Positions 1 to 9,535 of a stretch of 64,000 bases of DNA are shown one piece after another; the stretch's first letter is position 1; each line of letters begins with the position of its first letter. The notes under the pieces were generated by a model. It was given only the letters and a program-made list of their open reading frames with translations, had not been told where the DNA came from and ran no database searches. Source of the stretch: an uncultured Pseudomonadota bacterium (GTDB lineage Bacteria > Oederibacteriota > Muellerivitia > Muellerivitales > Muellerivitaceae); NCBI GenBank assembly GCA_963843375.1, contig CAWJKT010000011.1, positions 409,393 through 473,392 on the forward strand. The letters run 5' to 3'. The position numbers and the translations under genes are program-made.

Positions 1-2
1 CC

Positions 3-356
3 GCGACCGTAAACGGCATGAACTGGGAGGTTTGGCGGTGGGATGTGGACGAGGGAGGTGGTCAACGCAACTACGTAGCTTATTTGGCGAAGACCTTCAC
101 GACCTCCATCAAGGATTTTGATCTCAAAAAGTTTCTGGACGATTCCCGGGGTCGGGGTTATATCAAACCCTCCTGGTACCTTTACGCGGTGGAGGCTGGG
201 ATTGAGCTGCATTCGGGGGGCATCCCTTTCACTAGCAAGAACTTTTCGGTTTCCGTGAACAAAGATTGCGGGGCGAAACCCGTCTTTACCCCGCTTCCGG
301 TCAAGCCGACACCTACCCCGAATTTAACGCCTGAGGTGATTCCGCCCCCGCCCTAA
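3..356 (+). CDS. GH12-like endoglucanase, C-terminal part (5' truncated by window) with Pro-rich tail
   Basis: Frame is open to the window edge; 'WEVW...DFDLKKFLDD..RGYI..SWYLYAVEAGIEL..GG' matches the GH12 C-terminus with its catalytic Glu. Confidence 0.7.
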   Translation, partial: ATVNGMNWEVWRWDVDEGGGQRNYVAYLAKTFTTSIKDFDLKKFLDDSRGRGYIKPSWYLYAVEAGIELHSGGIPFTSKNFSVSVNKDCGAKPVFTPLPVKPTPTPNLTPEVIPPPP

Positions 357-468
357 AAAAGGCCGGTTTTGGGAACGATTCAAAAAGCATCAGGGTTTAT
401 CTCAAAAAAACTGTTATAGTAGAGATAATCTTTTTGATGTAGCCATTTCGTTTCAGAGGTGAGGAAAA

Positions 469-819
469 ATGATTAACCCAATCCATTCAAACAACACTAA
501 TAATTTGAACCCAAATCCGCCTCTCCCTCCTGCGGCTAATCCAGAAGAAAACCCGAAACCCAAGAACCCCGCTTTCGATAATGTAGTTGACCAAACCAAA
601 GCCCAGAGCCAAGGCCAAAAACCCAATAACGGCCCAATCAGCCAAAGCGTCAATCTCAATCCAACGAATTTTGCCAAAAACAAGGGCGGGATCAATCCGG
701 TGGACCACGCCCAACCCCAGGGGTTACCTGAAACTCCGAAAACGGTTTCTAATCCCACCCCGAAACCTACGACGAATAAGAATGAAAACCAAGGCTCGAC
801 CTTGGACGAACTGGCCTAA
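469..819 (+). CDS. hypothetical Asn/Pro-rich low-complexity protein
   Basis: GAGG RBS before ATG; 116-aa ORF. Confidence 0.55.
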   Translation: MINPIHSNNTNNLNPNPPLPPAANPEENPKPKNPAFDNVVDQTKAQSQGQKPNNGPISQSVNLNPTNFAKNKGGINPVDHAQPQGLPETPKTVSNPTPKPTTNKNENQGSTLDELA

Positions 820-1103
820 GAACTCCTAATCAAAATCGATTGAACCACTTTGGCGGAAATGGCCCCATTTCCGGCTTTCATAATTCTTTCAATGTTTTTT
901 TAAATCCTGGCAAATCGGCTTTGCTCTGCGGAATTGAAGCGATGGATCTGAACAAAAGGTCCCGGTAACACTTTTCCAATTCTGGGGCGTCTAAACTTTA
1001 ACAGTTATGAATTTCCCCTTTTCTGCCCTTCCGTTTATTCCGGGTTTTCAAGTTCCAGCCTGCTCCAACGCAAGAGCAAAACAAAGGGGGTAAAGGCTTT
1101 CTC

Positions 1104-1532
1104 ATGAAGAAGCAAAAGTGGTCGAAGGAAAGAATAGTTCAAAACATCCAGGAATTGCTAAGGCAAAATACCGACCTTTCTGCGGGATACGTTTCAAGGC
1201 ATCACGTCCCCCTTTTTAGCGCCGCTATCAATAAGAATTATTTTTCGAGCTGGGGGAACGCGGTTAAGGCCGCCGGTATTGATTATGGCTCGATAATGAA
1301 AGCCGGAAAAGAACGCCGCCGCGACTTATTGACGAAATGGACTAAGGAAAAAGTATTAAAGGAAATCCGGCGCCCCGAAACCGAAACCCTGTTGAAAACC
1401 TATCGGGATCAAATGGATCTTTATTCGGCGGCCCGAAGGAAATTTGGAAGCTGGGAAAAAGCCCTGAAGGCGGCCGGGTACCGCCTCGCTAAAGGTTCCC
1501 ACAAAAACTCAAACCGGATTTTTACTTCTTAA
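1104..1532 (+). CDS. protein made of two homing-endonuclease-associated-like repeats
   Basis: Two copies of W(S/T)KE....L(F/Y)SAA...F(S/G)SW..A(V/L)KAAG. Confidence 0.65.
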   Translation: MKKQKWSKERIVQNIQELLRQNTDLSAGYVSRHHVPLFSAAINKNYFSSWGNAVKAAGIDYGSIMKAGKERRRDLLTKWTKEKVLKEIRRPETETLLKTYRDQMDLYSAARRKFGSWEKALKAAGYRLAKGSHKNSNRIFTS

Positions 1533-1693
1533 AAAACCAACGAAGAAATCTTTGGATAACCTCCGTCGAAAAAGTCCCGGCCTTCTGGGGCGTCCTTTCG
1601 TTTCCCCCTTTTCCCGCTTTTCAGTTTTACTTTGGCAAAATTGAAAAAGTGGGATAATGCGCCTATTTCTACCCTCTTCAAGGTTGGGCCGGA

Positions 1694-2521
1694 ATGAAAA
1701 GCGCCTTGATCGGGTTTCTGGTTTTGATTTCTTGGCCGAAAGTCGTCCGCGGCCAAACCGCTTCGGACTATTACCATGAGGGATTGACGGAGTATCAGGC
1801 GGGGAACTGGATAAACTCCATTTCTTATTTAGAGGGGGCGATCCAACAAAATCCCAATTTTTGGCAAGCCTACCAACTCATCGGTTATTCCTATTATGGA
1901 ATGAAAGAGATTGAAAAAAGCATCCATTGTTGCAAGGCGAGTCTCCATATTCACCCGGACAATCCCACTCTCCAGGGCTTTGTGGATAAATTAAGGGCCC
2001 GCAACGCACAAAAGCGAAAGTTCACTCCCATTGAGATAAGGACGGCCGGGCCGGATACCAGGCCGTCCCAGGACTATTATTACAACGGAACCAAATTAGA
2101 AACCTTTGAGCAATTAAAGATCGTGATTGCTCCCATTCGGGACACTCAGGCAGTCCATTTTCTGAACGTCTCGGCAGATCAGGAATTAACCGGCATAATG
2201 ATGATCGCAGGAGGGGCCGCCTTGTGTTTGGGAGTCGCCCTTTATGCGGTCCTGGCAACAGGATCTTTCCAGACCGAGGTCAGTCCTTTGGGGCAGGTCT
2301 ATATCCTTCATTCCCCCGCCGACCTAATTCCAGACTGGGTTCTCGGGGGTACTGAGGCCCTTGCGGGCCCCATTGGAATCGTTCTGGAATTGGACGCAGG
2401 ACAAAACCGTCAAAATGCCGTGCTGCGTTATAATTACCTGGTTGAGTCCGACTCAAATCTGTCCATGATCCCCTTGACTCATACCGCCTTACCAGGGTTG
2501 GAATTAACCCAGAGGTTTTAA
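1694..2521 (+). CDS. TPR-containing exported/membrane protein
   Basis: Signal peptide; TPR-like helices (AIQQNPNFWQAYQLIGYSY); C-terminal hydrophobic segments. Confidence 0.7.
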   Translation: MKSALIGFLVLISWPKVVRGQTASDYYHEGLTEYQAGNWINSISYLEGAIQQNPNFWQAYQLIGYSYYGMKEIEKSIHCCKASLHIHPDNPTLQGFVDKLRARNAQKRKFTPIEIRTAGPDTRPSQDYYYNGTKLETFEQLKIVIAPIRDTQAVHFLNVSADQELTGIMMIAGGAALCLGVALYAVLATGSFQTEVSPLGQVYILHSPADLIPDWVLGGTEALAGPIGIVLELDAGQNRQNAVLRYNYLVESDSNLSMIPLTHTALPGLELTQRF

Positions 2522-2774
2522 AACCAATGAATCACCTTTTGTAAATTCCAGGAAAAGATTCAATCCTGGAAGTTAGCTCTTTCCTTTAAGCCGGGGGAGG
2601 ATGAAACTATCCACTTGAGCTTTCTCCAACAGCCGATGTTAGTAGCGAGTTCCAGGCTTCACTGTCGCCGCTATTGCAAATAGGATCTTTTGGTTTTGGT
2701 GAATTTTATAAAATAGCTTGTGGGTAAACAGTGATGGATGGGGATCCTTTGGATTGTCCTGACGGGGGAACAGC

Positions 2775-2942
2775 ATGTTCTGCAGGCGATGCAAGATCAA
2801 GATGAGGGAAAAGGCCCATTCGGCCCATAAAAAGAGAAAGTTCGTGTGCCCCCTTTGCGGCGGGGCCCGCATGATGGCTGGAAAAGAAAAAGCCGGTGAC
2901 CGTCGGCGGGACCGGACGCAGGAAATGGGGCATGGGTGTTAA
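2775..2942 (+). CDS. small zinc-ribbon-like protein (55 aa)
   Basis: Read manually: MFCRRCKIKM...FVCPLCGG; GGGGGA RBS. Confidence 0.6.
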   Translation: MFCRRCKIKMREKAHSAHKKRKFVCPLCGGARMMAGKEKAGDRRRDRTQEMGHGC

Positions 2943-2977
2943 ACAGTGCCTAGCCGACTATGACCCAGGAGGAGAAT

Positions 2978-3289
2978 ATGGCTTGGTATGTTTATGTCGC
3001 TTATTTTTTTGGCGGGGCTTTCCTTGGGAATTTCCTTCCGCATTTCGTTCATGGAGTTTCCGGGAAGAAGTTTCCGAGCCCTTTTTCCAAGCCTCCGGGG
3101 AAGGGATTATCCTCACCTCTCGTCAATGTACTTTGGGGTTTGTTGAATCTCATTATCGCCTACTTTTTGATTTTCAAGGTGGGTGATTTTGACATTCGGC
3201 AGGTCGCCCAGGCGGGAACGGTCGGGTTGGGGATATTAACCATCGGCATTCAATTGGCGATAGTCTTTGGGCGCTTGAAACAAAAATAA
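2978..3289 (+). CDS. small membrane protein
   Basis: AGGAGGAG RBS; three hydrophobic helices; PHFVHGVSG..FPSPF motif. Confidence 0.75.
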   Translation: MAWYVYVAYFFGGAFLGNFLPHFVHGVSGKKFPSPFSKPPGKGLSSPLVNVLWGLLNLIIAYFLIFKVGDFDIRQVAQAGTVGLGILTIGIQLAIVFGRLKQK

Positions 3290-3297
3290 AGAAAGGA

Positions 3298-4056
3298 TTG
3301 AAGAGGCTTGGAATCCTCTTCCCATTCATGAGCGATATTTTTTTCACCCTTTCGATGTCCTTGTTCGACAGCCTGTCAACCACACTGCAAATTATTATTT
3401 TTGTTCTTCTGCTGACAACGGAAAAACCGCTTCGGAACGCGCTAACTTATCTGGCCGGGTTGAGTGGCGCCTATTTTGTTTGTGGACTCGCGGGATATCT
3501 GGCCTTGGACGAATTGCGCCAATTTTTGAGCCGGTTTTTTCCATCCCAGGACGCCCTGCCTAATTCACTCTATTATCAAACGGAATTTCTCATGGGCCTC
3601 ATCATGGTTGGACTTGGATTTTGGTATTTTTACCGGAAGAAAAGGGCGAAGCCGGGTCGGGCACTCCAGTGGTTTCTCTCGAAATTGCGCAATATGAACA
3701 GCTGGTTCGCCTTTGGTTTAGGTCTCTTCATATCCGTAACCTCCTTTCCCTCTTCCCCCCCGTACCTCATCGCCCTTGGCAAGTACTCGGCCCTTCACCT
3801 TGATTTTCCAGCGGCAACCGGATGGATTTTGTTTTATAACCTCGGCTACGCTTTGCCGATGATCTTGATTTTGGGGGTGTACCTGGTCGCCCGACGGGAA
3901 ATGGGGGTTGATCACGACCGCCTGCATGAACACGCTAACCGGTTGAACGCCCATTTAACTGCATGGACCATGGTGGGTTTCGGGCTCTTTTTCATGATCG
4001 ACGCGGGGTGTTTCTTTGCCCTGGGGCAAGCCCTGATCAAAGGAAGATATTTTTGA
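3298..4056 (+). CDS. GAP/Sap (SfLAP)-family membrane protein
   Basis: About 6 TM helices; DSLS..., PYLIA and YNLGYALP motifs; start may be 3328. Confidence 0.65.
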   Translation: MKRLGILFPFMSDIFFTLSMSLFDSLSTTLQIIIFVLLLTTEKPLRNALTYLAGLSGAYFVCGLAGYLALDELRQFLSRFFPSQDALPNSLYYQTEFLMGLIMVGLGFWYFYRKKRAKPGRALQWFLSKLRNMNSWFAFGLGLFISVTSFPSSPPYLIALGKYSALHLDFPAATGWILFYNLGYALPMILILGVYLVARREMGVDHDRLHEHANRLNAHLTAWTMVGFGLFFMIDAGCFFALGQALIKGRYF

Positions 4057-4102
4057 TTTTTTTCAGGAAAACGGGATCTGTTTCATGAGAGGGAGGCGTT
4101 AA

Positions 4103-4489
4103 ATGGAAAAAAATTTATTCCAAGAGGACATGAAAAAAATCGCCCAGATTTTGGAATCCAACCAAGCCCATATTATTTACCAAAAATACCGGCCCGACAT
4201 TTACGGCATTTGGAGGATCGTGGCTTCCATGGAAGGCAAGGTGGTTATGTTGTTTTGGGATGCGCGGTATGGAGTGGCGGAATATTCGATTAAAGACCGG
4301 GAAAAAGTGGGGGGGTACTTAAAGAGAATGAACCCCGGCTGGTTAAGCCGGCTTTTATTTAAGAATTATGAGGAAACCTACGAAGGATCCATGGATTGGA
4401 AAAAAGTCGGGTCCGATTCCTTTCGAAAAGAGCCCCAATTGACTTCCCAAGATATTGCCGAAAGATTCATCAAGCTTTTAAAAGGTTAG
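4103..4489 (+). CDS. hypothetical protein
   Basis: GGGAGG RBS; 128 aa. Confidence 0.65.
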   Translation: MEKNLFQEDMKKIAQILESNQAHIIYQKYRPDIYGIWRIVASMEGKVVMLFWDARYGVAEYSIKDREKVGGYLKRMNPGWLSRLLFKNYEETYEGSMDWKKVGSDSFRKEPQLTSQDIAERFIKLLKG

Positions 4490-4685
4490 TTCCATTGCGA
4501 AACACTCCCGGATTGGCCTTGGAGCGGGAGGCGGAGCTTTAAAAGGCACTGCTGAATTGAAGCAATAGACCAATTTGTGGCTTCTGAAATAATTTTCGTT
4601 AGCCTGCTAGGTTTTTTTTCGGCCCTCCCGCAAAATATCCGGCACCACCGCCCGTCGTTTTTGAATGGAATCAAGGAGGTCCACC

Positions 4686-5354
4686 ATGGATGTGAACCAA
4701 GCTTTAAGAAGCCGTTATACCTGCAGGGATTTTAAAACAACTGCCGTGCCCAAGGGAATAATTTTGGAAATACTGGAAGAGGCCAGCCGGGCCCCCTCCT
4801 GGGCCGATACTCAGCCTTGGGAAGTTTTCGTGGCGGGAGGCGACGCCTTGGACAGACTCCGCAAGGCCTACGCCAACAGCTTCGCGAAAGGCGCCGCCCC
4901 CCACCCGGATATTCCTGCGCCTACCCAATGGCCGGCGGAACTGAAGCAACGCATGGACGAACTGTTGGTACTCCATAAAAAAGAAGCCCAAGCCCTATCA
5001 GGGAACACAACCGATCCCCAGGCTTATCTGACCCGACAGATGAAGTTTTTCAACGCCCCTGTCGTGGTTTTCATTGGCATGGATAAAAACCTCACCTCCT
5101 GGTCAATATTCGACTTGGGCTTTTTCACCCAAAGCCTCCTGCTGGCAGCAAAGGAAAAAGGTCTGGACACAGCCCCCGCCTACCGGTTGGTCTCCTATCC
5201 CGACTTGGTGCGCGAAGAATTGGGAATACCCTCCCAGCTTTCTCTCGTATTTGGGGTAGCTTTGGGCTTCGGCATGGAAAGGTCTGATGCCATTGGATTC
5301 CAAAGCCCCCGGCGACAGATCTCGGATATGGCTCGATTCAAGGGTTTTGAGTGA
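4686..5354 (+). CDS. nitroreductase family protein
   Basis: RYTCRDF and APSWADTQPW motifs; AAGGAGG RBS. Confidence 0.9.
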   Translation: MDVNQALRSRYTCRDFKTTAVPKGIILEILEEASRAPSWADTQPWEVFVAGGDALDRLRKAYANSFAKGAAPHPDIPAPTQWPAELKQRMDELLVLHKKEAQALSGNTTDPQAYLTRQMKFFNAPVVVFIGMDKNLTSWSIFDLGFFTQSLLLAAKEKGLDTAPAYRLVSYPDLVREELGIPSQLSLVFGVALGFGMERSDAIGFQSPRRQISDMARFKGFE

Positions 5355-5518
5355 GGCGGAGGAAATTCCGGTCCTACCCCTGCTTTTTGGCCGATATTAT
5401 TCCCAAAACCGGAAAAGCCGGGTCTGGATAAAGATGGGATAAGAGCATGATAATAGTTTTGACATGACATGGGTAAGGCGACCACCGAGAGAGTATTTTT
5501 TAAAGAAGGAGGATTGTC

Positions 5519-5782
5519 ATGAAAGATAAAAAAGCCAAAAAGCTTTTTAAGGAAGCCAAAAAACTCGTGAAAAGAATTAAAAAGCACGGCCATGAAGGAG
5601 AGGCGCTTTTAAAGGAAATCAAAAAACTTTTGGAACCAGCTAAAGCCGACTCTCCCAAAAAGAAAACCGTGAAAAAACAGCCCACCAAAGCCAAGACTCC
5701 AAAACAAAGTGAACCTATTCTCAAACTGGAGCGTCCATCGGCCACGACTTCGCCAACTTCCGAAAATGCGCCACTGACATAA
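5519..5782 (+). CDS. small Lys-rich basic protein
   Basis: AGGAGG RBS; very Lys-rich 87 aa. Confidence 0.6.
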   Translation: MKDKKAKKLFKEAKKLVKRIKKHGHEGEALLKEIKKLLEPAKADSPKKKTVKKQPTKAKTPKQSEPILKLERPSATTSPTSENAPLT

Positions 5783-5899
5783 AAGCCGGCTGGGTATCAA
5801 TGCGGCGTTAGAATTTACGCACCGGCAAAATCGGAAAGAAATTACCTTGTCCGTAATCACAGTTGCCTGGGTGGCGATATCTTTTTCTGTCAGGACCCG

Positions 5900-6253
5900 A
5901 TGCACTTCCTCATCCGGGTCAAAACAGCTGTCCTTAACGACAAAACATTAAAAATAAAAGTCGGCTTTTTTCTCCTGGCCTTACCCCTTCACGCCCAGTT
6001 CAATAGCGACGGGCTTTTGGCCGTTTATTATGACAGCTCCAAACTTACCAGCCCCGCAGTTACTGAAGTGGACCCCAACATCAGCTACGGCTGGGGTAAG
6101 CGTAATCATAATTGGCTCAATGGTTCTCAGCAATTGGGTGGATGGACCGGTGGAGCCGGCAGGCGCGGTGATCACCTTGACGACGGGGTCAAGGTTCCTC
6201 TGGAAGTGGATTATTTTTGGGGGCGGTCACCAATTACTCCACCATCCAAATGA
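5900..6253 (+). pseudogene. degenerate PA14-domain gene remnant
   Basis: GLLAVYYD...VDPNISYGWG, then LDDGVKV and VDYF, without most of the intervening PA14 sequence. Confidence 0.45.
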
Positions 6254-6490
6254 TGTGGCAAAGTCGTTTCTTTTGAGCCCTTGGTTGTTCGTGGTTTTTT
6301 TGCCCTTTGCCTTAGGCAAGAAATGAGGTTTTTTAAGCCTTTTATTAGTTTTTTTCAGCTCTTGATAATTTTTATCAATTTTAGGGAATAAACCCCCCCC
6401 GACCAAACACTTATCTGGTGGATAGTCTTGTCCCACCTGACGGCGGGTATGACTTTGCCTAGGCCTATTAAAGGCACACTAAACATTTAA

Positions 6491-9223
6491 TTGCGGAAAT
6501 CCATGCAAGGTTCCAAATCCAATTTAAAACGTTTTTTATTCCTTCCACCGACCGTTACTCTATTGTTTTTATCTTTCGGGGTCACTTGGGCACAAACCGT
6601 AACGGTCACGTCAGGTACCACTTATCAAACGATCTCCGGTTTCGGGGCATCAAGCCAATGGGACAATACATTCTCATCCTCGCTGGCCGACATTTTTTGG
6701 AAGGACGATTCTAGCCAGCCCCCTGCTGACCAGATCAACGGCAATGTGGGTCTCTCTATTTTGCGCCTTGGGATAGACGATTCCGGCAACGCCGACTGGG
6801 GCACGCAATGCGCTTTTGCGACCCAGGCGCTTGGAATCAATGCCAATGTCAGGGTCTTCGGCAGCCCGTGGAGCCCTCCGGCGAAGTGGAAGAATAACAA
6901 CAGCGTGGATGGCAACAACACCGGAAGCGACAATTTCAATCCCGGCACCAATACCGACCAGCTCAACACTGCGGACTACGCCGACTATGCCTCTTACCTT
7001 ACAAGCTTCGCCACAGCCTGCAAGAATACCTACGGCTTTACACCCTATGCGATTTCGGTCCAGAACGAACCTGACTATGACCCCAGCTACGATGCCTGCC
7101 TATGGTCGCCCTCGGCCATTGACACCTTCGTGGGGACTTATCTTGGCCCTGATCTGAAAAACGCTGGTTTTAGCGATATCGTCATGCTGCCGGAGTCCTT
7201 TGCGGATAACCTAACCGGGTCCAATACCGCTATGGCCGACTCTACCGCCGCTGCCTTTGTGAGAGTCATTGGTATGCACCTTTATGGAGGCGGCCCCAAC
7301 ACGATTCCAGCAAGCTATTCCACCACGGCCGGACATACTGTCGAGAGCTGGTGCACCGAAACCTCGGAGAAAACAAGTGATAACAATATCGATAGCGGCA
7401 TTTTTTACGCCGGTGAGCTTCACAGCTGCATCGTGGACCATAACTTCAACGCCTATTGCTACTGGTGGCTAGTTAACATTAATTCCGATGACGAAGGGCT
7501 CTGCACCAGCGCTGGGACCCCCACCCCCCGCCTCTATTGCATTGGAAATTACAGTAAGTTCATCCGTCCGGGATATGTAAGAATCGGTGCAACCGAAGTG
7601 CCCTCCGCGGGCGTTTCCGTTTCCGCTTACTACAGCGCTTCCGCGGGTAAGGTTGTGATCGTTGCCATCAATGGCAATACCGGCTCCAGCGAGAACGAGA
7701 CCTTCAAATATAGTGACTTGAATGTTTCCACGGTTTATCCTTGGATCACGAGTTCGTCCCTGAACCTGGTCCAGCAGACTTCTGTAGCAGTGAACGGTGG
7801 AAGCTTTACTTATACCCTGCCAGCCGAAAGCGTGGTTAGTTTTGTTGCCTCGGTTTCCAGTGGTTCAACACCTACCCCAACCAACACGGCTGCTCCAACG
7901 GCCACGGCTACCCGGACCAATACCCAAACCTCCACCCCTACATTCACCGCCTCGAGCACTCCGACCTCAAGTCCTACCGCCACAAAGACCAATTCACCCA
8001 CCAGCACTAAAACTTCCAGTCCTACCCCCTCCGCAACCTCCAGCTTTTCACCCACTGCCACGAAGACCGCTTCTTCTACACCGTCTAACACCATAACCAA
8101 CACCGCCACGGCCAGTTCAACCCCGACACTCAGTTCCACGACTACACGGACAAATACTGCGACCAGCACGTCCACTCCAAGCCCTACGATTACTAATACC
8201 CCGATTTACACGATGACTTCCACCCCATCCAATACAACCACAGGTACGGCCACTGAAACAAGGACAAGCACGACAACTTTCACTGCCACTAATACAGGTA
8301 CGACGACTCCGACCCTAACCAGTACCAACTCCTCGACAGTAACTCCGAGCGTGACTCAGACCAATACGGCAACTATTACTTTGACGTCCACGTCTTCCAA
8401 CACCCAGACCGGAACAGTGACCGCTACAAGTACGAATACCTTATTGAATACAGTTACTTCCACTTGCACCAACACAGTTTCGACCACTCCAACGGTAACC
8501 ATTACTAATTCCGCCACAGCCACTCCGAGCGTGACTCAGACCTATACGCCAGCCTACACGATGACATCCACCCCCACCAACACACAGACCGGAACAGCGA
8601 CAGCTACCAGCACGAATACCCCATCAAATACGGATACTTCCACTTCCACCAGCACGGTTACAGCCACCGCGACCCTGACTCGAACCTATTCTCCGACCAG
8701 TACTTCAACCAATACTTCATCGATTACGGCTACTAAAACAACCACCTCTACCGCAACTGATACCATGACGAACACGGCCACTCTAACCGCCACCGCGACT
8801 TCAACCTATACCAGAGTGGATACCTTTACCAACACTGTAACCTTTACAACTACGAGCACTCTCACCAAAACCACCACTCCAAGCGCTACGGCAACTCCAA
8901 CCAACACCCATATGGAAACCGAAACTCCCACTGCTACCCCCACAAGCAATAAAGGGGTGGTGATCTATCCCAACCCGGTCACGGGACCGACGGTAAACCT
9001 TCTGCCACCGGCTTATCCGGGCGATTCGAACGTGCAGGTGGAAATTTTCACCATCGCCTTCCGATTAGTCAAAGATGAAATCCTCTGGAATGTTCCGTCG
9101 GGTAAGGCGGTAACGTTGGAACTTACGGATAAATGGGGCACTCCTTTGGCGAATGGGGTTTATTACGTCGTCGTCATTGTTGATGGTCATCAATCCATCG
9201 GGAAACTGCTGGTCATAAGGTAA
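6491..9223 (+). CDS. secreted GH30 glycoside hydrolase (xylanase-like) with Thr-rich linker and T9SS-CTD-like tail
   Basis: YQTISGFGAS, SPWSPPA, QNEPD (acid/base), WCTE (nucleophile), YSKFIRPG; IYPNP...NGVYY...KLLVIR; likely start 6503. Confidence 0.9.
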   Translation: MRKSMQGSKSNLKRFLFLPPTVTLLFLSFGVTWAQTVTVTSGTTYQTISGFGASSQWDNTFSSSLADIFWKDDSSQPPADQINGNVGLSILRLGIDDSGNADWGTQCAFATQALGINANVRVFGSPWSPPAKWKNNNSVDGNNTGSDNFNPGTNTDQLNTADYADYASYLTSFATACKNTYGFTPYAISVQNEPDYDPSYDACLWSPSAIDTFVGTYLGPDLKNAGFSDIVMLPESFADNLTGSNTAMADSTAAAFVRVIGMHLYGGGPNTIPASYSTTAGHTVESWCTETSEKTSDNNIDSGIFYAGELHSCIVDHNFNAYCYWWLVNINSDDEGLCTSAGTPTPRLYCIGNYSKFIRPGYVRIGATEVPSAGVSVSAYYSASAGKVVIVAINGNTGSSENETFKYSDLNVSTVYPWITSSSLNLVQQTSVAVNGGSFTYTLPAESVVSFVASVSSGSTPTPTNTAAPTATATRTNTQTSTPTFTASSTPTSSPTATKTNSPTSTKTSSPTPSATSSFSPTATKTASSTPSNTITNTATASSTPTLSSTTTRTNTATSTSTPSPTITNTPIYTMTSTPSNTTTGTATETRTSTTTFTATNTGTTTPTLTSTNSSTVTPSVTQTNTATITLTSTSSNTQTGTVTATSTNTLLNTVTSTCTNTVSTTPTVTITNSATATPSVTQTYTPAYTMTSTPTNTQTGTATATSTNTPSNTDTSTSTSTVTATATLTRTYSPTSTSTNTSSITATKTTTSTATDTMTNTATLTATATSTYTRVDTFTNTVTFTTTSTLTKTTTPSATATPTNTHMETETPTATPTSNKGVVIYPNPVTGPTVNLLPPAYPGDSNVQVEIFTIAFRLVKDEILWNVPSGKAVTLELTDKWGTPLANGVYYVVVIVDGHQSIGKLLVIR
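8173..8700 (+). repeat. degenerate internal duplication (~170-180 bp units) in the GH30 linker
   Basis: actccgagcgtgactcagacc occurs at 8342 and 8522, 180 bp apart; TPSVTQT...NTQTGT repeated, with a weaker copy from 8173. Confidence 0.7.
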
Positions 9224-9535
9224 AAAAGGCAACTTTCTCTGGTATGAAGACGGGGACAGTGTGTACCACAACCTCATCCAAGGGCATTCCGAGCCCCCAA
9301 CTTTTCCGCCCGGATGCCGGGACCACTTCGGGATAAAACCGAAGGGCATGGTTGGAATGAAATCACTCCGGTAACAAGATAACAATCCATGGCGTCCACA
9401 TTTTATTCGTGGATTTCGATATACGATTTTTTAAAAAAATTAAATATCGGCAGTAATGGGAAGATTGAAATCTTCCAAAAGCAGAATAACCAATCTTATT
9501 TAGAAAAATAAAACCCGGCTTAAATCGGGTAGAGG

